Of a stretch of 64,000 nt of DNA, positions 37,201 through 47,169 are shown in pieces. Under the pieces are notes generated by a model, which did no database searches, had not been told where the DNA came from, and saw only the letters and a program-made list of their open reading frames with translations. The DNA is from Bacteroidia bacterium (lineage in GTDB: Bacteria > Bacteroidota > Bacteroidia > SpSt-205), in assembly GCA_039630325.1 (NCBI GenBank), contig JBCNVG010000041.1, positions 10,212 through 74,211 on the forward strand, read 5' to 3'. A program made the translations under genes and the position numbers. Position 1 is the stretch's first letter; the number at the start of each line of letters is the position of its first letter.

Positions 37201-38379
37201 TTACCAGTCCGTAGTCAAACGCAAGCGCATGATGCGGCGATTAAGCTTATCTACCACGTAGAGAAGCTTCTTGTGATAGGCTACAGCGGTAGGATGATGC
37301 ATTTGGAGAGGACCAGAGCCTCGCCCACCAAAGGAGACTTTTACAGGACGACGAGTTCCCGCCGCAGGCGGAGGAATAACGCCCTCCAACCCCGATAGGG
37401 TGAAAACATATACAGAATCCTTGCCCGCATCCGCCACGACAAGGTAAGGCTGCGCACCTCCCGTAAAAGCGATTCCTTCTGGACGCTCAAACTTCCCGGG
37501 CGTAGCTAAAAATCCATCAGCCACTGAGCTATCCCCCTGCGCCCACCGAAAATCTACTTCGTAAAAGCGCCCTTGTTCCCCCTCCTTCGACACGATAGCA
37601 TGAACTTTGAGAGGCAAACCTGGAGCCGTCAAGCCCACCCAGAACCCATCCGCAGTAGACACAAAGGGGGACTGAGGAGGACGAGCCCGCGTAGCTATCC
37701 CCCACACCCCTCGGAAGAACTCTGGTTGCATCCCCGTAGAAGACTGTACTATAATGGCTTCCTGCCACTGATCTCGGCTGTTAAAGCGAAGTACTGCATC
37801 ATCGGGACCTCCGTATTTGATCGGATCCTGATCCACTCCATTTCGGGTCACATAGTAACTATTGTCTCCCAATACGGCGATCCGCCGAAAACGCACCAGT
37901 GTATCCGTCGTGGAAAAAGTACTCTTGAAGTAAAAGGGATGCACTAAACGACTTACAATGTAAGCATGACGCAAACCGTATCCGCTCGATCCTCTCAGCC
38001 GAATCCGATGGATAGCGTCCAATCTGTACCGCTGACCACCGATTATGGTATCCACAGGAGCTGCGGCTAATAAATCCAACTGTCTATCCTGAGCGACCGC
38101 ATGCACCCCAGGTAAGCGAAAAGTACCTATTCGTCGTCCGGCTTCATCTAAGCACACTATTTCTCCTGCGGCGGAGTCAGCCACATAATACAGCTCATCA
38201 TATCCCACACAGATATCCACAGGCGCTTGGAAGCCCTCCCAGTAGGGCAGCACTGGAACATATGCGATGAGAGTATTATCGTACTGCGGCACGTCGATAA
38301 AGCTGAGGTCAGTCTTGCGACCAAAGAAATCCCCACACCCTAAGAGGAAGAGCGTGAGGAGGATACTTCTTTTCGCCAT
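37201..38379 (-). CDS. NHL-like repeat beta-propeller lipoprotein
   Basis: Lipobox LLGCG. Repeated Y(Y)V(A)D...(R)I..L units (YYVADSAAGEIVCLD, LYVVDKLNRRIMRLRL). Its 5' end overlaps the upstream PorV-like gene by 40 nt. Confidence 0.55.
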   Translation of the reverse strand: MAKRSILLTLFLLGCGDFFGRKTDLSFIDVPQYDNTLIAYVPVLPYWEGFQAPVDICVGYDELYYVADSAAGEIVCLDEAGRRIGTFRLPGVHAVAQDRQLDLLAAAPVDTIIGGQRYRLDAIHRIRLRGSSGYGLRHAYIVSRLVHPFYFKSTFSTTDTLVRFRRIAVLGDNSYYVTRNGVDQDPIKYGGPDDAVLRFNSRDQWQEAIIVQSSTGMQPEFFRGVWGIATRARPPQSPFVSTADGFWVGLTAPGLPLKVHAIVSKEGEQGRFYEVDFRWAQGDSSVADGFLATPGKFERPEGIAFTGGAQPYLVVADAGKDSVYVFTLSGLEGVIPPPAAGTRRPVKVSFGGRGSGPLQMHHPTAVAYHKKLLYVVDKLNRRIMRLRLTTDW

Positions 38380-39341
38380 ATGATTGCGACTCTATGTTGA
38401 AGTCCGAGACGACCAAGCCACTCAGCCGCATAATCCACGCGCAAGCGCCCCCTGCCAAAGCCTTGGGCAAGCCCTAATCCGACCGTAGGTACATACTGTT
38501 CCTTTACCCCCAGCTTCTGCCCCATCCGAATGAAAAGTATCTCTGCGTAAGTGTACTCTACCCCTAATCGGAGATTCTCAGCGTAATCATTGGGGTGATT
38601 TAGCTGGAAAGCGGCTTCAACACGATGAGAACCCTTCTCAAAAGCTCGTATGGCTGCACCGATGGCAAAGAGAGTGGGGGCCGAATAAGAACCCGTGGAA
38701 ATCTGAGGGGCTGCATTTTCTTTACCTCTACGCACCCTTAAGCGAGAGTTCGGACCGAAATTGTGAACCACCACGCCAAACCGAAAGTCGCGTACGTCTG
38801 TCTGGTATAGGAAACCTACATCTATCAACCACGTAGTCGCTTGAAAGAAGTCCAACTGCTCACGCACGATCTTGAAGCTTCCCCCTGCAGAAAACCTATC
38901 GCTAAACTCGTATGCATAAACAGGGCCCGCAGCCCAATACGATGCCGTAAAAAATTCACCTGTACCAGTAGATTGATACTCAGTACGACGTTCTATGGGC
39001 CCACTCGTGAGAAACTGAGCCTGCATGCCTATGCGATGAGATTTTCGCCAGGGTACGCTGAGCGCAAGGTATGAATAATCTAAACCGGCAATCCAAAATG
39101 TATGGGAAATCCCGACCGCAAAGTTTGAAAGATGAGTTAAGGCTCCTGCATTCCAGTAGGCGGCAAAGGGGTCATCTTTGATTGCCACAGCAGCCCCCGC
39201 CATCCCAGCAGAGCGAGCTGAGGGATCTATCCGCAAAAAAGTCATCGCGGAAGTGCCTACCCGCTGCCCCCCAAGATTAGTAAGGATTTGAGCCGAAGCC
39301 AGCGTCAAAAAAAATAGTGAATATCTGCGCCGCACCGCCAC
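38340..39341 (-). CDS. FadL/PorV-like outer-membrane beta-barrel protein (candidate T9SS PorV/PorQ-family component)
   Basis: Signal peptide, then TSAMTFLRIDPSARSAGMAGAAVAIKDDPFAAYWNAGAL, which resembles the N-terminal signature of the PorV/FadL-like family. The rest has an alternating beta pattern. Confidence 0.5.
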   Translation of the reverse strand: MAVRRRYSLFFLTLASAQILTNLGGQRVGTSAMTFLRIDPSARSAGMAGAAVAIKDDPFAAYWNAGALTHLSNFAVGISHTFWIAGLDYSYLALSVPWRKSHRIGMQAQFLTSGPIERRTEYQSTGTGEFFTASYWAAGPVYAYEFSDRFSAGGSFKIVREQLDFFQATTWLIDVGFLYQTDVRDFRFGVVVHNFGPNSRLRVRRGKENAAPQISTGSYSAPTLFAIGAAIRAFEKGSHRVEAAFQLNHPNDYAENLRLGVEYTYAEILFIRMGQKLGVKEQYVPTVGLGLAQGFGRGRLRVDYAAEWLGRLGLQHRVAIIWRKEVSSSRSSS

Positions 39342-39350
39342 AAGGTTAGC

Positions 39351-40319
39351 TCATTCATGTAAAGTACCTGAAAAAGCAGGCATAAGTCCTACCCCCAGGG
39401 TCTCAAAAAGCCGCTGATCCGATGAAATAGGAGCATTAGGCGTAGTCAGAAGCTTTTCGCCGAGAAAAATAGAATTGGCCCCTGCTACGAAACAGAGAGC
39501 CTGTTCAGACGGAGAGAGCCTTTCTCGCCCAGCAGCCAAGCGAATTACGCTTTTAGGCATCAGTATTCGAGCGGTGGCTATGACTCGTACCATCTCCCAT
39601 ACAGAGGGGATTTCGGCATCGGCCAGGGGGGTGCCCTCTATGGGGACAATAGCGTTAATCGGCACCGACTCAGGATGAGGATTCATCGTGGAGAGTGTAT
39701 GCAGAAGAGAGATTCGGTCTTCTTCGGACTCACCGAGACCTAAGATCCCCCCTGTACAGAGTGAAAGACCCGCTGCGCGAGCCGCTGCGAGGGTATTGAG
39801 CCGATCTTGGTAAGTGCGAGTAGTAATGACCTTATCGTAATAAGCTTCAGAAGTATCCAAGTTGTGATTGTAAGCGGTCAGGCCAGCTTCTTTCAAGGCG
39901 GAGGCTTGTTCGGGGGTTAGCATGCCCAGCGTAGCACAAACTTCTAATCCCAGGGCACGCACTTGTCGAACCATCTCCAGCACGCGTTCAAAGTCCCGGT
40001 TACTCCGAACTTCTCGCCAGGCAGCCCCCATACAGAAGCGAGTGGCACCTGCGGCTTTAGCTTGGCGCGCCGCCTCCACCACCGCCTCCACCTCTAATAG
40101 GCGATGCACTTGAATTCCAGTCTGATACTTCACTGATTGGGCACAGTAGGCGCAATCTTCTGGACATCCCCCTGTCTTTATCGAGAGAAGCGTGCAGGCT
40201 TGTATCTGACCAGGAGTGTGAAATTGCCGATGTACCGCCGCTGCCTCCATAATAAGCGTAAGCAGCGGTGTGTGATAAATGTCTCTCACTTCGGATAGGC
40301 TCCAGTCATGTCGTATCAC
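39351..40319 (-). CDS. bioB: Biotin synthase
   Basis: Radical-SAM cluster motif [13 protein letters not shown] is present, with the ...YNHNLDT... region. Size is 322 aa. Confidence 0.9.
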   Translation of the reverse strand: MIRHDWSLSEVRDIYHTPLLTLIMEAAAVHRQFHTPGQIQACTLLSIKTGGCPEDCAYCAQSVKYQTGIQVHRLLEVEAVVEAARQAKAAGATRFCMGAAWREVRSNRDFERVLEMVRQVRALGLEVCATLGMLTPEQASALKEAGLTAYNHNLDTSEAYYDKVITTRTYQDRLNTLAAARAAGLSLCTGGILGLGESEEDRISLLHTLSTMNPHPESVPINAIVPIEGTPLADAEIPSVWEMVRVIATARILMPKSVIRLAAGRERLSPSEQALCFVAGANSIFLGEKLLTTPNAPISSDQRLFETLGVGLMPAFSGTLHE

Positions 40320-40340
40320 ACAGCAAAACTACTACTTTGG

Positions 40341-41426
40341 GACATGCAGCTACTTCGGTATCTCGGACAAATCCTTTTCAGAGTGATAGCTTTCCCATTA
40401 GCCGTAGTGTATGGCATTGTGATTTCCATTCGGAACTGGCTCTATGATGCCAGGATACTGCCTACCCACCGTCTACCTTGCGTGATTGTAAGTGTAGGGA
40501 ACCTTACCCTGGGCGGGAGTGGCAAGACGCCGTTTGCCATGTACCTCATAGAATGGCTGCGCTCTCGGGGGATTTCCGTAGCTTATCTGAGTCGAGGCTA
40601 CGGTCGTAAAACGAAGGGCTTTCATGAAGTCTCGCTTTTCTCCCCGCACGCCACTGAATCTTTCGGAGACGAGGCTTTTTTGATTAAAACGCGATATACT
40701 GATATTCCTGTCGCCGTCTGTGAAAACCGTGTACAAGGCGCAAAAGAACTCTTGAAGCGATATCCCAACCTTCAGGTGATTATTTTAGACGATGCTTATC
40801 AACACCGACGCATTCATCGCGATCTCAACCTCCTGGTGATAGATATGCAGCGCCCGATATGGGAAGACTGGCTATTTCCGCTCGGACGCCTGAGGGAGCC
40901 CCTACGTGCTTACAAGCGAGCCGACTGGCTCATTCTCAATAGAAAAACTGGTTCTCAACCTACGGAAAAGAGAAGATGGCGCAAACCGACCCTCGTATTT
41001 GAGTATAGGGTTGAACGACTAATACCCGCAGATGACAGTCATCCTGCCCTTGATATAGAAGCGCTGCATCACCGAAGTGCATTAGCTTTTTGTGGGATTG
41101 CTCACCCTGATAGCTTTTACGAAACTCTTCGGCAAGCTGGTGTGTATCTTGTACGCCATATCAGCTTCCCTGATCATTACGCTTACACATCAGCGGATCT
41201 ACTGAATCTGCGCAAAGAGTTTCGGCGCTACCAGCGACAGCTTGGCCTTACGGATGCTTTGCTTCTCACTACGGAAAAAGACCTTATCCGTCTGCGAGGA
41301 CTGAACCTCCTGGGTATGCTGAATGAGCTACCTTTGTACGCTGTGCAGATAGCGATGAAGCCTCATAATCCCTCCGAGGCCGAAGCGCTGCTGCATAGGT
41401 TTTTTGGAAATCTCATTCGGCCATGA
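40341..41426 (+). CDS. lpxK: Tetraacyldisaccharide 4'-kinase
   Basis: P-loop VISVGNLTLGGSGKTP is present. I chose the start at MQLLRYL (40341). The longer ORF start at 40308 would overlap divergent bioB. Confidence 0.8.
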   Translation, partial: DMQLLRYLGQILFRVIAFPLAVVYGIVISIRNWLYDARILPTHRLPCVIVSVGNLTLGGSGKTPFAMYLIEWLRSRGISVAYLSRGYGRKTKGFHEVSLFSPHATESFGDEAFLIKTRYTDIPVAVCENRVQGAKELLKRYPNLQVIILDDAYQHRRIHRDLNLLVIDMQRPIWEDWLFPLGRLREPLRAYKRADWLILNRKTGSQPTEKRRWRKPTLVFEYRVERLIPADDSHPALDIEALHHRSALAFCGIAHPDSFYETLRQAGVYLVRHISFPDHYAYTSADLLNLRKEFRRYQRQLGLTDALLLTTEKDLIRLRGLNLLGMLNELPLYAVQIAMKPHNPSEAEALLHRFFGNLIRP

Positions 41427-42250
41427 CGACACCTGAAGCATATACCCATTTTCGTGAGACGTTAGAATACATCCGACGCTACTTCCAAGGAGAAGTAGAG
41501 GTGGGTATCGTCCTCGGAACAGGCTTGGGACGCTTAGCAGAGGCCATAGAAAAGGAGCATCAGTTAGCGTACAATTTTATCCCCCACTTCCCCATAAGCA
41601 CTGTGGAGAGTCACTTTGGGCGGCTGATTTTTGGCCGCTTGGGAGGCAAACGGGTCGTAGCGATGCAAGGGCGATTTCACTATTACGAGGGCTATAATAT
41701 GTACCAAATCACCTACCCCATCCGCATCATGAAGCTGCTCGGCGCTCACACCCTGCTTTTATCTAATGCGGCTGGCGCCCTCAATCTAGCCTTCCAGTTA
41801 GGGGACCTGATGATCATCACCGATCATATCAACCTCCTCCCAGAAAATCCCCTGCGGGGGATCAACTTAGATCAACTGGGACCGAGGTTTCCCGATATGA
41901 GCGCACCCTATGATCCTGATCTCATCTCCAAAGCGAAGGCGATAGCCTCTCGGCTTGGCATTGCTCCCAGAGAAGGGGTTTATGTCGCCGTCCCAGGTCC
42001 TAACTTAGAAACGCGGGCTGAGTATCGTTTCCTTCGAATCATCGGAGGCGATGCCGTGGGAATGTCCACCGTACCCGAATGCATAGTAGCCAATCACATG
42101 GGTATGCGCGTCTTTGCAATGTCTATCATCACGGATATCGGCGATCCTGATAATCTCAAATCCGTGTCCTTAGAAGAAATCATCCAGGTAGCCAACGAAT
42201 CCGAGCCAAAACTCACGCAAATATTCACCGAGCTGGTACGCGAATTATAA
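41423..42250 (+). CDS. Purine nucleoside phosphorylase (PNP family I, trimeric type)
   Basis: ...VGIVLGTGLGRLAE...GRFHYYEGY...GMSTVPE... motifs of PunA/XapA-type PNPs are present. It shares an ATGA overlap with lpxK. Confidence 0.85.
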   Translation: MTTPEAYTHFRETLEYIRRYFQGEVEVGIVLGTGLGRLAEAIEKEHQLAYNFIPHFPISTVESHFGRLIFGRLGGKRVVAMQGRFHYYEGYNMYQITYPIRIMKLLGAHTLLLSNAAGALNLAFQLGDLMIITDHINLLPENPLRGINLDQLGPRFPDMSAPYDPDLISKAKAIASRLGIAPREGVYVAVPGPNLETRAEYRFLRIIGGDAVGMSTVPECIVANHMGMRVFAMSIITDIGDPDNLKSVSLEEIIQVANESEPKLTQIFTELVREL

Positions 42251-42336
42251 TCGGTCTTTCTCTCCTTCTGGCCCAATCCCCCACACCGTTTCTGTCCAAT
42301 TCGCTCGATACAAGTCGTGGGGTAAAGCCAGTTTAT

Positions 42337-43956
42337 TTGATGGATTTCCTTCCCTGGCATGATCCTCTGGACACAGTCATCGGCTTTGTAGCTCGGCAAG
42401 GGTACTACAAGCCCTATGCCCTTTGGCGAGAAGGAGCCTGGGTATACGAGGCAGAAGCTACTCAGACTGCTCTACCCCTCAATCAGGCGATTTATCTGAT
42501 TCGTCATGTACCGGTGGTGTGGAGCGTTCCGCCCTATACACGGGTACGCTTTGACCAATGTAGCCGAAAGACCCAACTTCTATCTGTCCAGCATGGACAA
42601 TATACCCGCCGAAGGGGCGGGCTTTCTTTCCTGTACAGACGACGCACGCGGATCGGTGAATACCTTGGTCAAACCACCGACCACTACAATGTCGGTCTGA
42701 GCTTATACGCTCCCATCAAGCGCTGGTGGCTCTTTGCCGATGGAGGCTGGAATCAGCTCCAAGATGGAGTGAACGGGGGGGTGTTATATGAGACTTCCCC
42801 GCAGGAAGCTTTTCTAAAAGAGCGACAGCTTGTTCGCATGAATGGGGCCAGGCTGCGGCGATGGTATAGATTTGTGGAGGGAGAGGTGGGATTCCAACTC
42901 TCCAGCCGCCATAGACTATTCCTCAGAGGCCGCCTATCCGAGGACCGAATCGAAGTCACCACTGAACCTGCCCTGCGGAGTGAAAGTACACTCTATCCTG
43001 ACACAATCTCCTTCTCCACTGATAGCCGCCAATGGATTTCCACCGCTGAAATGGGTATTATTTCTCCCCTCTGGACGGGTAGACTCCGGTATCTGTACGA
43101 CCACGGCCAGCTTAGGTCCATTACGAGGGGAAAGTGGGCAGCCGCAGCGATCGAGGGAGATTTTTCTGCTCAGGTGAGGAACTTTTCCCTTCAAGCTCGC
43201 TATCGACAGTGGATAGGCCCCTCTACCCCAGCTCCATCGTTTTTTGTAGAGGGACGAAAACAGCTCAAGACTTACGAAATCGGGGCCTCCCACGAGCGAA
43301 GAAATCTACCCTGGTTCGCTTATTTATCTACCCCCAGTGCTATGGCTCAGAATGAAGCCGTGTGGCGCGCCTGGGTGGAAAAGGCGTTCACTTCGTCTGA
43401 TACGACGATTCCCCCTATAACTCTGCGAAGCTGGCTCACTCGTTGGACTAATGCCTGGTTAGCGGATAGCACCTTTCAATCCCGCCGTCCCTTGTGGGCT
43501 GTGGGCTTGACCTTGAGGGGAGGCTGGCGAAAAAAGGCCTTGGGTTTTGTGGCTGGACTCAGTGTACAGAGAGTTTGGGAGGCTGAGGCCTCCTGGCGCC
43601 ACGCTCTGCCCGTGGTAAGCGGATGGATCCAGCCCTTTGTGCGCTGGCAAATCCGCCAAACTCCCCCTGTATATCACTTAGGCGTACGCCTCTCGGGCTT
43701 CACAAGGTTTCAGCCAATGGCATATGCTCTACCCATGACGACTTTCTACATAGAGCCAAACTACACCGCTCTATTCCAGCCCCCTTACATATGGGCTGAC
43801 CCGTACTTTGTCATACTTATTCGGCGAGTGATGGTGTATTTGCGCATAGAGCACCTATCAGAGGGCCTACTTGGCCATGGCTACTACTTGGCTGCATGGT
43901 ACCCAATGCCAGGAAGAGGATTTAGCTTCGGTGTCCAATGGGATATTTACAACTGA
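42337..43956 (+). CDS. Hypothetical protein (539 aa), rich in aromatic residues and Arg
   Basis: Long ORF with no recognisable motif and no clear signal peptide from the first Met. The W/Y/R-rich alternating pattern could suit a beta-barrel, but this is unproven. Confidence 0.45.
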   Translation: MMDFLPWHDPLDTVIGFVARQGYYKPYALWREGAWVYEAEATQTALPLNQAIYLIRHVPVVWSVPPYTRVRFDQCSRKTQLLSVQHGQYTRRRGGLSFLYRRRTRIGEYLGQTTDHYNVGLSLYAPIKRWWLFADGGWNQLQDGVNGGVLYETSPQEAFLKERQLVRMNGARLRRWYRFVEGEVGFQLSSRHRLFLRGRLSEDRIEVTTEPALRSESTLYPDTISFSTDSRQWISTAEMGIISPLWTGRLRYLYDHGQLRSITRGKWAAAAIEGDFSAQVRNFSLQARYRQWIGPSTPAPSFFVEGRKQLKTYEIGASHERRNLPWFAYLSTPSAMAQNEAVWRAWVEKAFTSSDTTIPPITLRSWLTRWTNAWLADSTFQSRRPLWAVGLTLRGGWRKKALGFVAGLSVQRVWEAEASWRHALPVVSGWIQPFVRWQIRQTPPVYHLGVRLSGFTRFQPMAYALPMTTFYIEPNYTALFQPPYIWADPYFVILIRRVMVYLRIEHLSEGLLGHGYYLAAWYPMPGRGFSFGVQWDIYN

Positions 43957-43960
43957 CTGT

Positions 43961-44833
43961 TTAGGCCTCTGCCTCTCGTACGACGCGCAGGAGATACTGT
44001 CCATATGGCGTCTTTTCAGCCCGCAAGGCCAGCGCCCGAAGCTGATCCAGAGAAATGAAACCTTTGCGGAAGGCTATTTCCTCTATGCAGCCGATCTTGA
44101 GCCCCTGCCTTTCTTCTATGACCTGGACGAAAAGGCTGGCTTCCAACAGGCTGCGGGGTGTGCCAGTATCCAGCCAAGCAAAGCCACGCGGCATGATGCG
44201 GACTTGGAGCTCTCCGCGCTCTAAGTAGAGTTTGTTGAGATCGGTGATTTCCAGCTCCCCCCGAGCAGAAGGCTTCAGGGTGCGAGCCAGACTTGGCGCC
44301 TTTCCATCGTAAAAGTATAGACCAGGAATCGCATATGACGAGCGCGGCTGGGCAGGCTTCTCCTCTATGCTGAGGACTCGTCCACTTTTATCAAACTCTA
44401 CTACACCGTACCGCTGCGGATCATGAACTGGATAGGCGAAAATAAGTGCACCTTGCGATACTCGACAGCTCTCCAAAAACGCTTGCATACCGCTGCCATA
44501 GAAAAGGTTATCCCCTAAAATCAGCGCACAACTATCCCCAGCTAAGAAATCTTCGGCTAAAATCAGCGCCTGTGCAATTCCCTCTGGTCGAGGTTGAACC
44601 TTGTAGCGAATCGAGAGCCCGTATTGACTGCCATCTCCGAAAAGCCTTTCAAAGTTTGGAGTATCCTGCGGCGTACTAATCAAGAGAATCTCCCGAATCC
44701 CTGCCAGCATGAGGGTAGAAAGCGGATAGTATACCATTGGTTTGTCATACACTGGGAGGAGCTGCTTTGTGATTATTTGTGTCATGGGGTGAAGCCGGGT
44801 CCCTGCCCCCCCTGCAAGTAGAATGCCTTTCAT
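43961..44833 (-). CDS. rfbA: Glucose-1-phosphate thymidylyltransferase
   Basis: [18 protein letters not shown] at the N-terminus and ...ILGDNLFYG... are present. Size is 290 aa. Confidence 0.9.
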   Translation of the reverse strand: MKGILLAGGAGTRLHPMTQIITKQLLPVYDKPMVYYPLSTLMLAGIREILLISTPQDTPNFERLFGDGSQYGLSIRYKVQPRPEGIAQALILAEDFLAGDSCALILGDNLFYGSGMQAFLESCRVSQGALIFAYPVHDPQRYGVVEFDKSGRVLSIEEKPAQPRSSYAIPGLYFYDGKAPSLARTLKPSARGELEITDLNKLYLERGELQVRIMPRGFAWLDTGTPRSLLEASLFVQVIEERQGLKIGCIEEIAFRKGFISLDQLRALALRAEKTPYGQYLLRVVREAEA

Positions 44834-45396
44834 AGCTCTGCGAATGGATTAGACTGCTCGTCAAAGAAAGGAAGAGAAGCGTCTTTATTTGAGAGGATTG
44901 GTGGCTCCGCAATCCCCCATTCAATTCCCAGCTCAGGATCATTCCACCGTACCCCAGCATCTAAGGCTGGATCGTAGTAAGCCGAGCACCGGTACCACAC
45001 CACCGCTTCTTCGGAAAGTACATAGAATCCATGAGCAAAGCCGATGGGTACGTATAGCCAAGTGAAATAGGCCCCCTGATCCGATAGTTCCACCGCTGCC
45101 CAATGCTTGAAGGTGGGAGAGGACGGGCGCAAGTCTACAATCACATCGCGGATGCTTCCCCGAAGTACCGTGACTAACTTAGCTTGAGGACGAGGAGGCT
45201 TCTGAAAGTGTAAGCCTCGCAGAACCCCTCGGGTCGAGTAGGATATATTGTCCTGCACGAAAGGGGGAAGCATCGAACTCTCCGACCATGCCAGGCGAAA
45301 GGCCTCGGCAAAAAAACCTCGCGCATCCACATACTTCGGGAGGCGCCAGAGAAAAGCATCTTGTACTGGGAGGTTCTCTATTTGGGGGCGAGTCAT
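44830..45396 (-). CDS. rfbC: dTDP-4-dehydrorhamnose 3,5-epimerase
   Basis: Cupin fold with ...RGLHFQ... and ...[27 protein letters not shown].... Overlaps rfbA by 4 nt. Confidence 0.85.
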   Translation of the reverse strand: MTRPQIENLPVQDAFLWRLPKYVDARGFFAEAFRLAWSESSMLPPFVQDNISYSTRGVLRGLHFQKPPRPQAKLVTVLRGSIRDVIVDLRPSSPTFKHWAAVELSDQGAYFTWLYVPIGFAHGFYVLSEEAVVWYRCSAYYDPALDAGVRWNDPELGIEWGIAEPPILSNKDASLPFFDEQSNPFAEL

Positions 45397-46343
45397 CGAG
45401 CAGACAATTTTTGACGAAAGTATTCGATACTGCGTCGGATACCCTCTTGACGAGATACCTTGGGCTCCCAGCCCAGAAGCTCCCGCGCTAACGAAATGTC
45501 CGGCTGACGCACCTTCGGATCATCCTCAGGCAGAGGCAAAAAGATAATTTCGCTCTTAGACTCGGGAATAAGCCGAAGCACTTCCCGAGCAAACTCTAAA
45601 ATACTCACTTCTTCGGGATTGCCTAGGTTGACAGGAAAAGGGTAGGTGCTATGTATTAGCAGGCGGAAGATGCCCTCTACCAGATCATCTATGTAGCAGA
45701 AGCTGCGAGTCTGCGAACCGTCCCCATAAACTGTCAGCGGTTGATTTTGTAAGGCTTGACCGATGAAGTTGGGGAGGACACGTCCGTCATTTAGCCGCAT
45801 GCGCGGCCCATAGGTATTGAATATGCGCACAATACGCACCGAAACTCCGTGGTAGCGATGATAGGCCATCGCCATTGCTTCCATAAAGCGCTTTGCTTCG
45901 TCATACACGCCTCGAACACCGACAGGATTGACATTTCCCCAGTAGGTCTCCTTCTGCGGATGCTCTAAAGGATCGCCGTAAACCTCAGAGGTGGAAGCTA
46001 AAAGGATAGTAGCCCCTTTGGCACGGGCTAAGCCTAGACATTTATGCGTACCAAGAGCGCCTACCTTTAGCGTCTGAATAGGCATTCTCAGGTAGTCTGC
46101 CGGACTTGCTGGGGAAGCAAAATGGAGAATGTAATCCAGCTCCCCAGGCACATGAACGAAGTTGGTCACATCATACTGCATAAAGGTGAATCGAGGCTTG
46201 CCGAAAAGGTGAGCAATATTGTCTAAGCTTCCTGTGGAGAGATTATCCATGGCAATCACTTCAAACCCCTCCTCCCAAAACCGATCGCATAAGTGCGAAC
46301 CGATAAATCCGGCTGCCCCAGTGATAAGCACGCGCTTAGGCAT
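45393..46343 (-). CDS. NAD-dependent sugar-nucleotide epimerase/dehydratase (UDP-glucuronate decarboxylase UXS-like SDR)
   Basis: Rossmann motif [13 protein letters not shown] and catalytic YDEAK are present. I placed the start at MPKRVLITG (46343). The 5' ORF extension would lie antisense to rpmH. Confidence 0.8.
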   Translation of the reverse strand: MPKRVLITGAAGFIGSHLCDRFWEEGFEVIAMDNLSTGSLDNIAHLFGKPRFTFMQYDVTNFVHVPGELDYILHFASPASPADYLRMPIQTLKVGALGTHKCLGLARAKGATILLASTSEVYGDPLEHPQKETYWGNVNPVGVRGVYDEAKRFMEAMAMAYHRYHGVSVRIVRIFNTYGPRMRLNDGRVLPNFIGQALQNQPLTVYGDGSQTRSFCYIDDLVEGIFRLLIHSTYPFPVNLGNPEEVSILEFAREVLRLIPESKSEIIFLPLPEDDPKVRQPDISLARELLGWEPKVSRQEGIRRSIEYFRQKLSAR

Positions 46344-46376
46344 CGGACAAAAGTACCGAAGCTGTACCTTTGCAAC

Positions 46377-46541
46377 ATGCCGAAGCGGACCTATCAGCCG
46401 AGCCGAATCAAACGGCTGCGCACTCATGGCTTCCGAGCCCGAATGAGAACCCGATGGGGCCGGGCCGTTTTGGCCCGTCGCCGAGCCAAAGGCCGTCATC
46501 GCCTCACAGTTAGCGACACCATAGCTGGGAAGCCCTATTAG
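46377..46541 (+). CDS. rpmH: 50S ribosomal protein L34
   Basis: [45 protein letters not shown] is an unmistakable L34 sequence. It has a short C-terminal extension. Confidence 0.9.
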   Translation: MPKRTYQPSRIKRLRTHGFRARMRTRWGRAVLARRRAKGRHRLTVSDTIAGKPY

Positions 46542-46569
46542 CAATCATCGCCTCACTCGTAGCGAGCGA

Positions 46570-46935
46570 TTGAGAGGACGCAAAGCCTTTCAGCTCCTAT
46601 TCCACGCTGCTAAGCAGTGGAATCAGGGGCATTTTCGTTTGTATGCACTTCCATTTCTCATTAGAGTAGATGGTCCTCCTATAAAAGTGGCGTTTTCCGT
46701 CCCTAAAAAGCCCGTCAAAAAAGCCAGTCGACGAAATCTCATACGGCGCCGCTTACGAGAGGCGTACCGAATGGAGAAGCCTTACTTTTTAGCTAATCTG
46801 CCGGTTGGACAAGCATGGCTGTGCTGGCAATGGCGCAGTGTAGAGGTTCCTACGGTGGTCTCCCTGCGAACGCAAATGCGTGGCCTCTACGACCATTTCG
46901 TTGGTCTATGCTCCGCTACCTTTTCATTGGACTGA
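46570..46935 (+). CDS. rnpA: Ribonuclease P protein component
   Basis: Basic RnpA-like sequence ...FRLYALP...[28 protein letters not shown].... It directly follows rpmH. The start codon is TTG. Confidence 0.8.
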   Translation: MRGRKAFQLLFHAAKQWNQGHFRLYALPFLIRVDGPPIKVAFSVPKKPVKKASRRNLIRRRLREAYRMEKPYFLANLPVGQAWLCWQWRSVEVPTVVSLRTQMRGLYDHFVGLCSATFSLD

Positions 46936-47123
46936 TTCGGTTGTATCAAGGGCTCATCTCGCCTTACTTCCCTCCTTCCTGCCGATTTACCCCCTCCTGC
47001 TCAGCCTATGCCATAGAGGCCCTTCGTAAGCATGGCACTTGGCGGGGGCTATGGCTGGCTATAAATCGCCTACGACGCTGTCATCCCTGGGGCGGAGAAG
47101 GCTACGATCCCGTCCCTGACTAA
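46908..47123 (+). CDS. yidD: Membrane protein insertion efficiency factor YidD
   Basis: ...[55 protein letters not shown]... is the canonical YidD motif. It overlaps the rnpA 3' end. Confidence 0.85.
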   Translation: MLRYLFIGLIRLYQGLISPYFPPSCRFTPSCSAYAIEALRKHGTWRGLWLAINRLRRCHPWGGEGYDPVPD

Positions 47124-47169
47124 TCTTTCTGCTTTCCCCTGTCAAAAATTGAGTACGTAGCTTTGCAGC

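Noticed and set aside
42337-43956. Calling the 539-aa W/Y/R-rich protein an outer-membrane beta-barrel
   Set aside because: There is no signal peptide after the first in-frame start and no upstream in-frame alternative. The C-terminus (..WDIYN) lacks a terminal aromatic residue. It is left as hypothetical
46293-46376. 28-codon N-terminal extension of the rpmH ORF ([28 protein letters not shown]...)
   Set aside because: L34 universally begins M(P)KRT(F/Y)QP. The extension would overlap the divergent SDR gene start, so the internal ATG at 46377 is the real start
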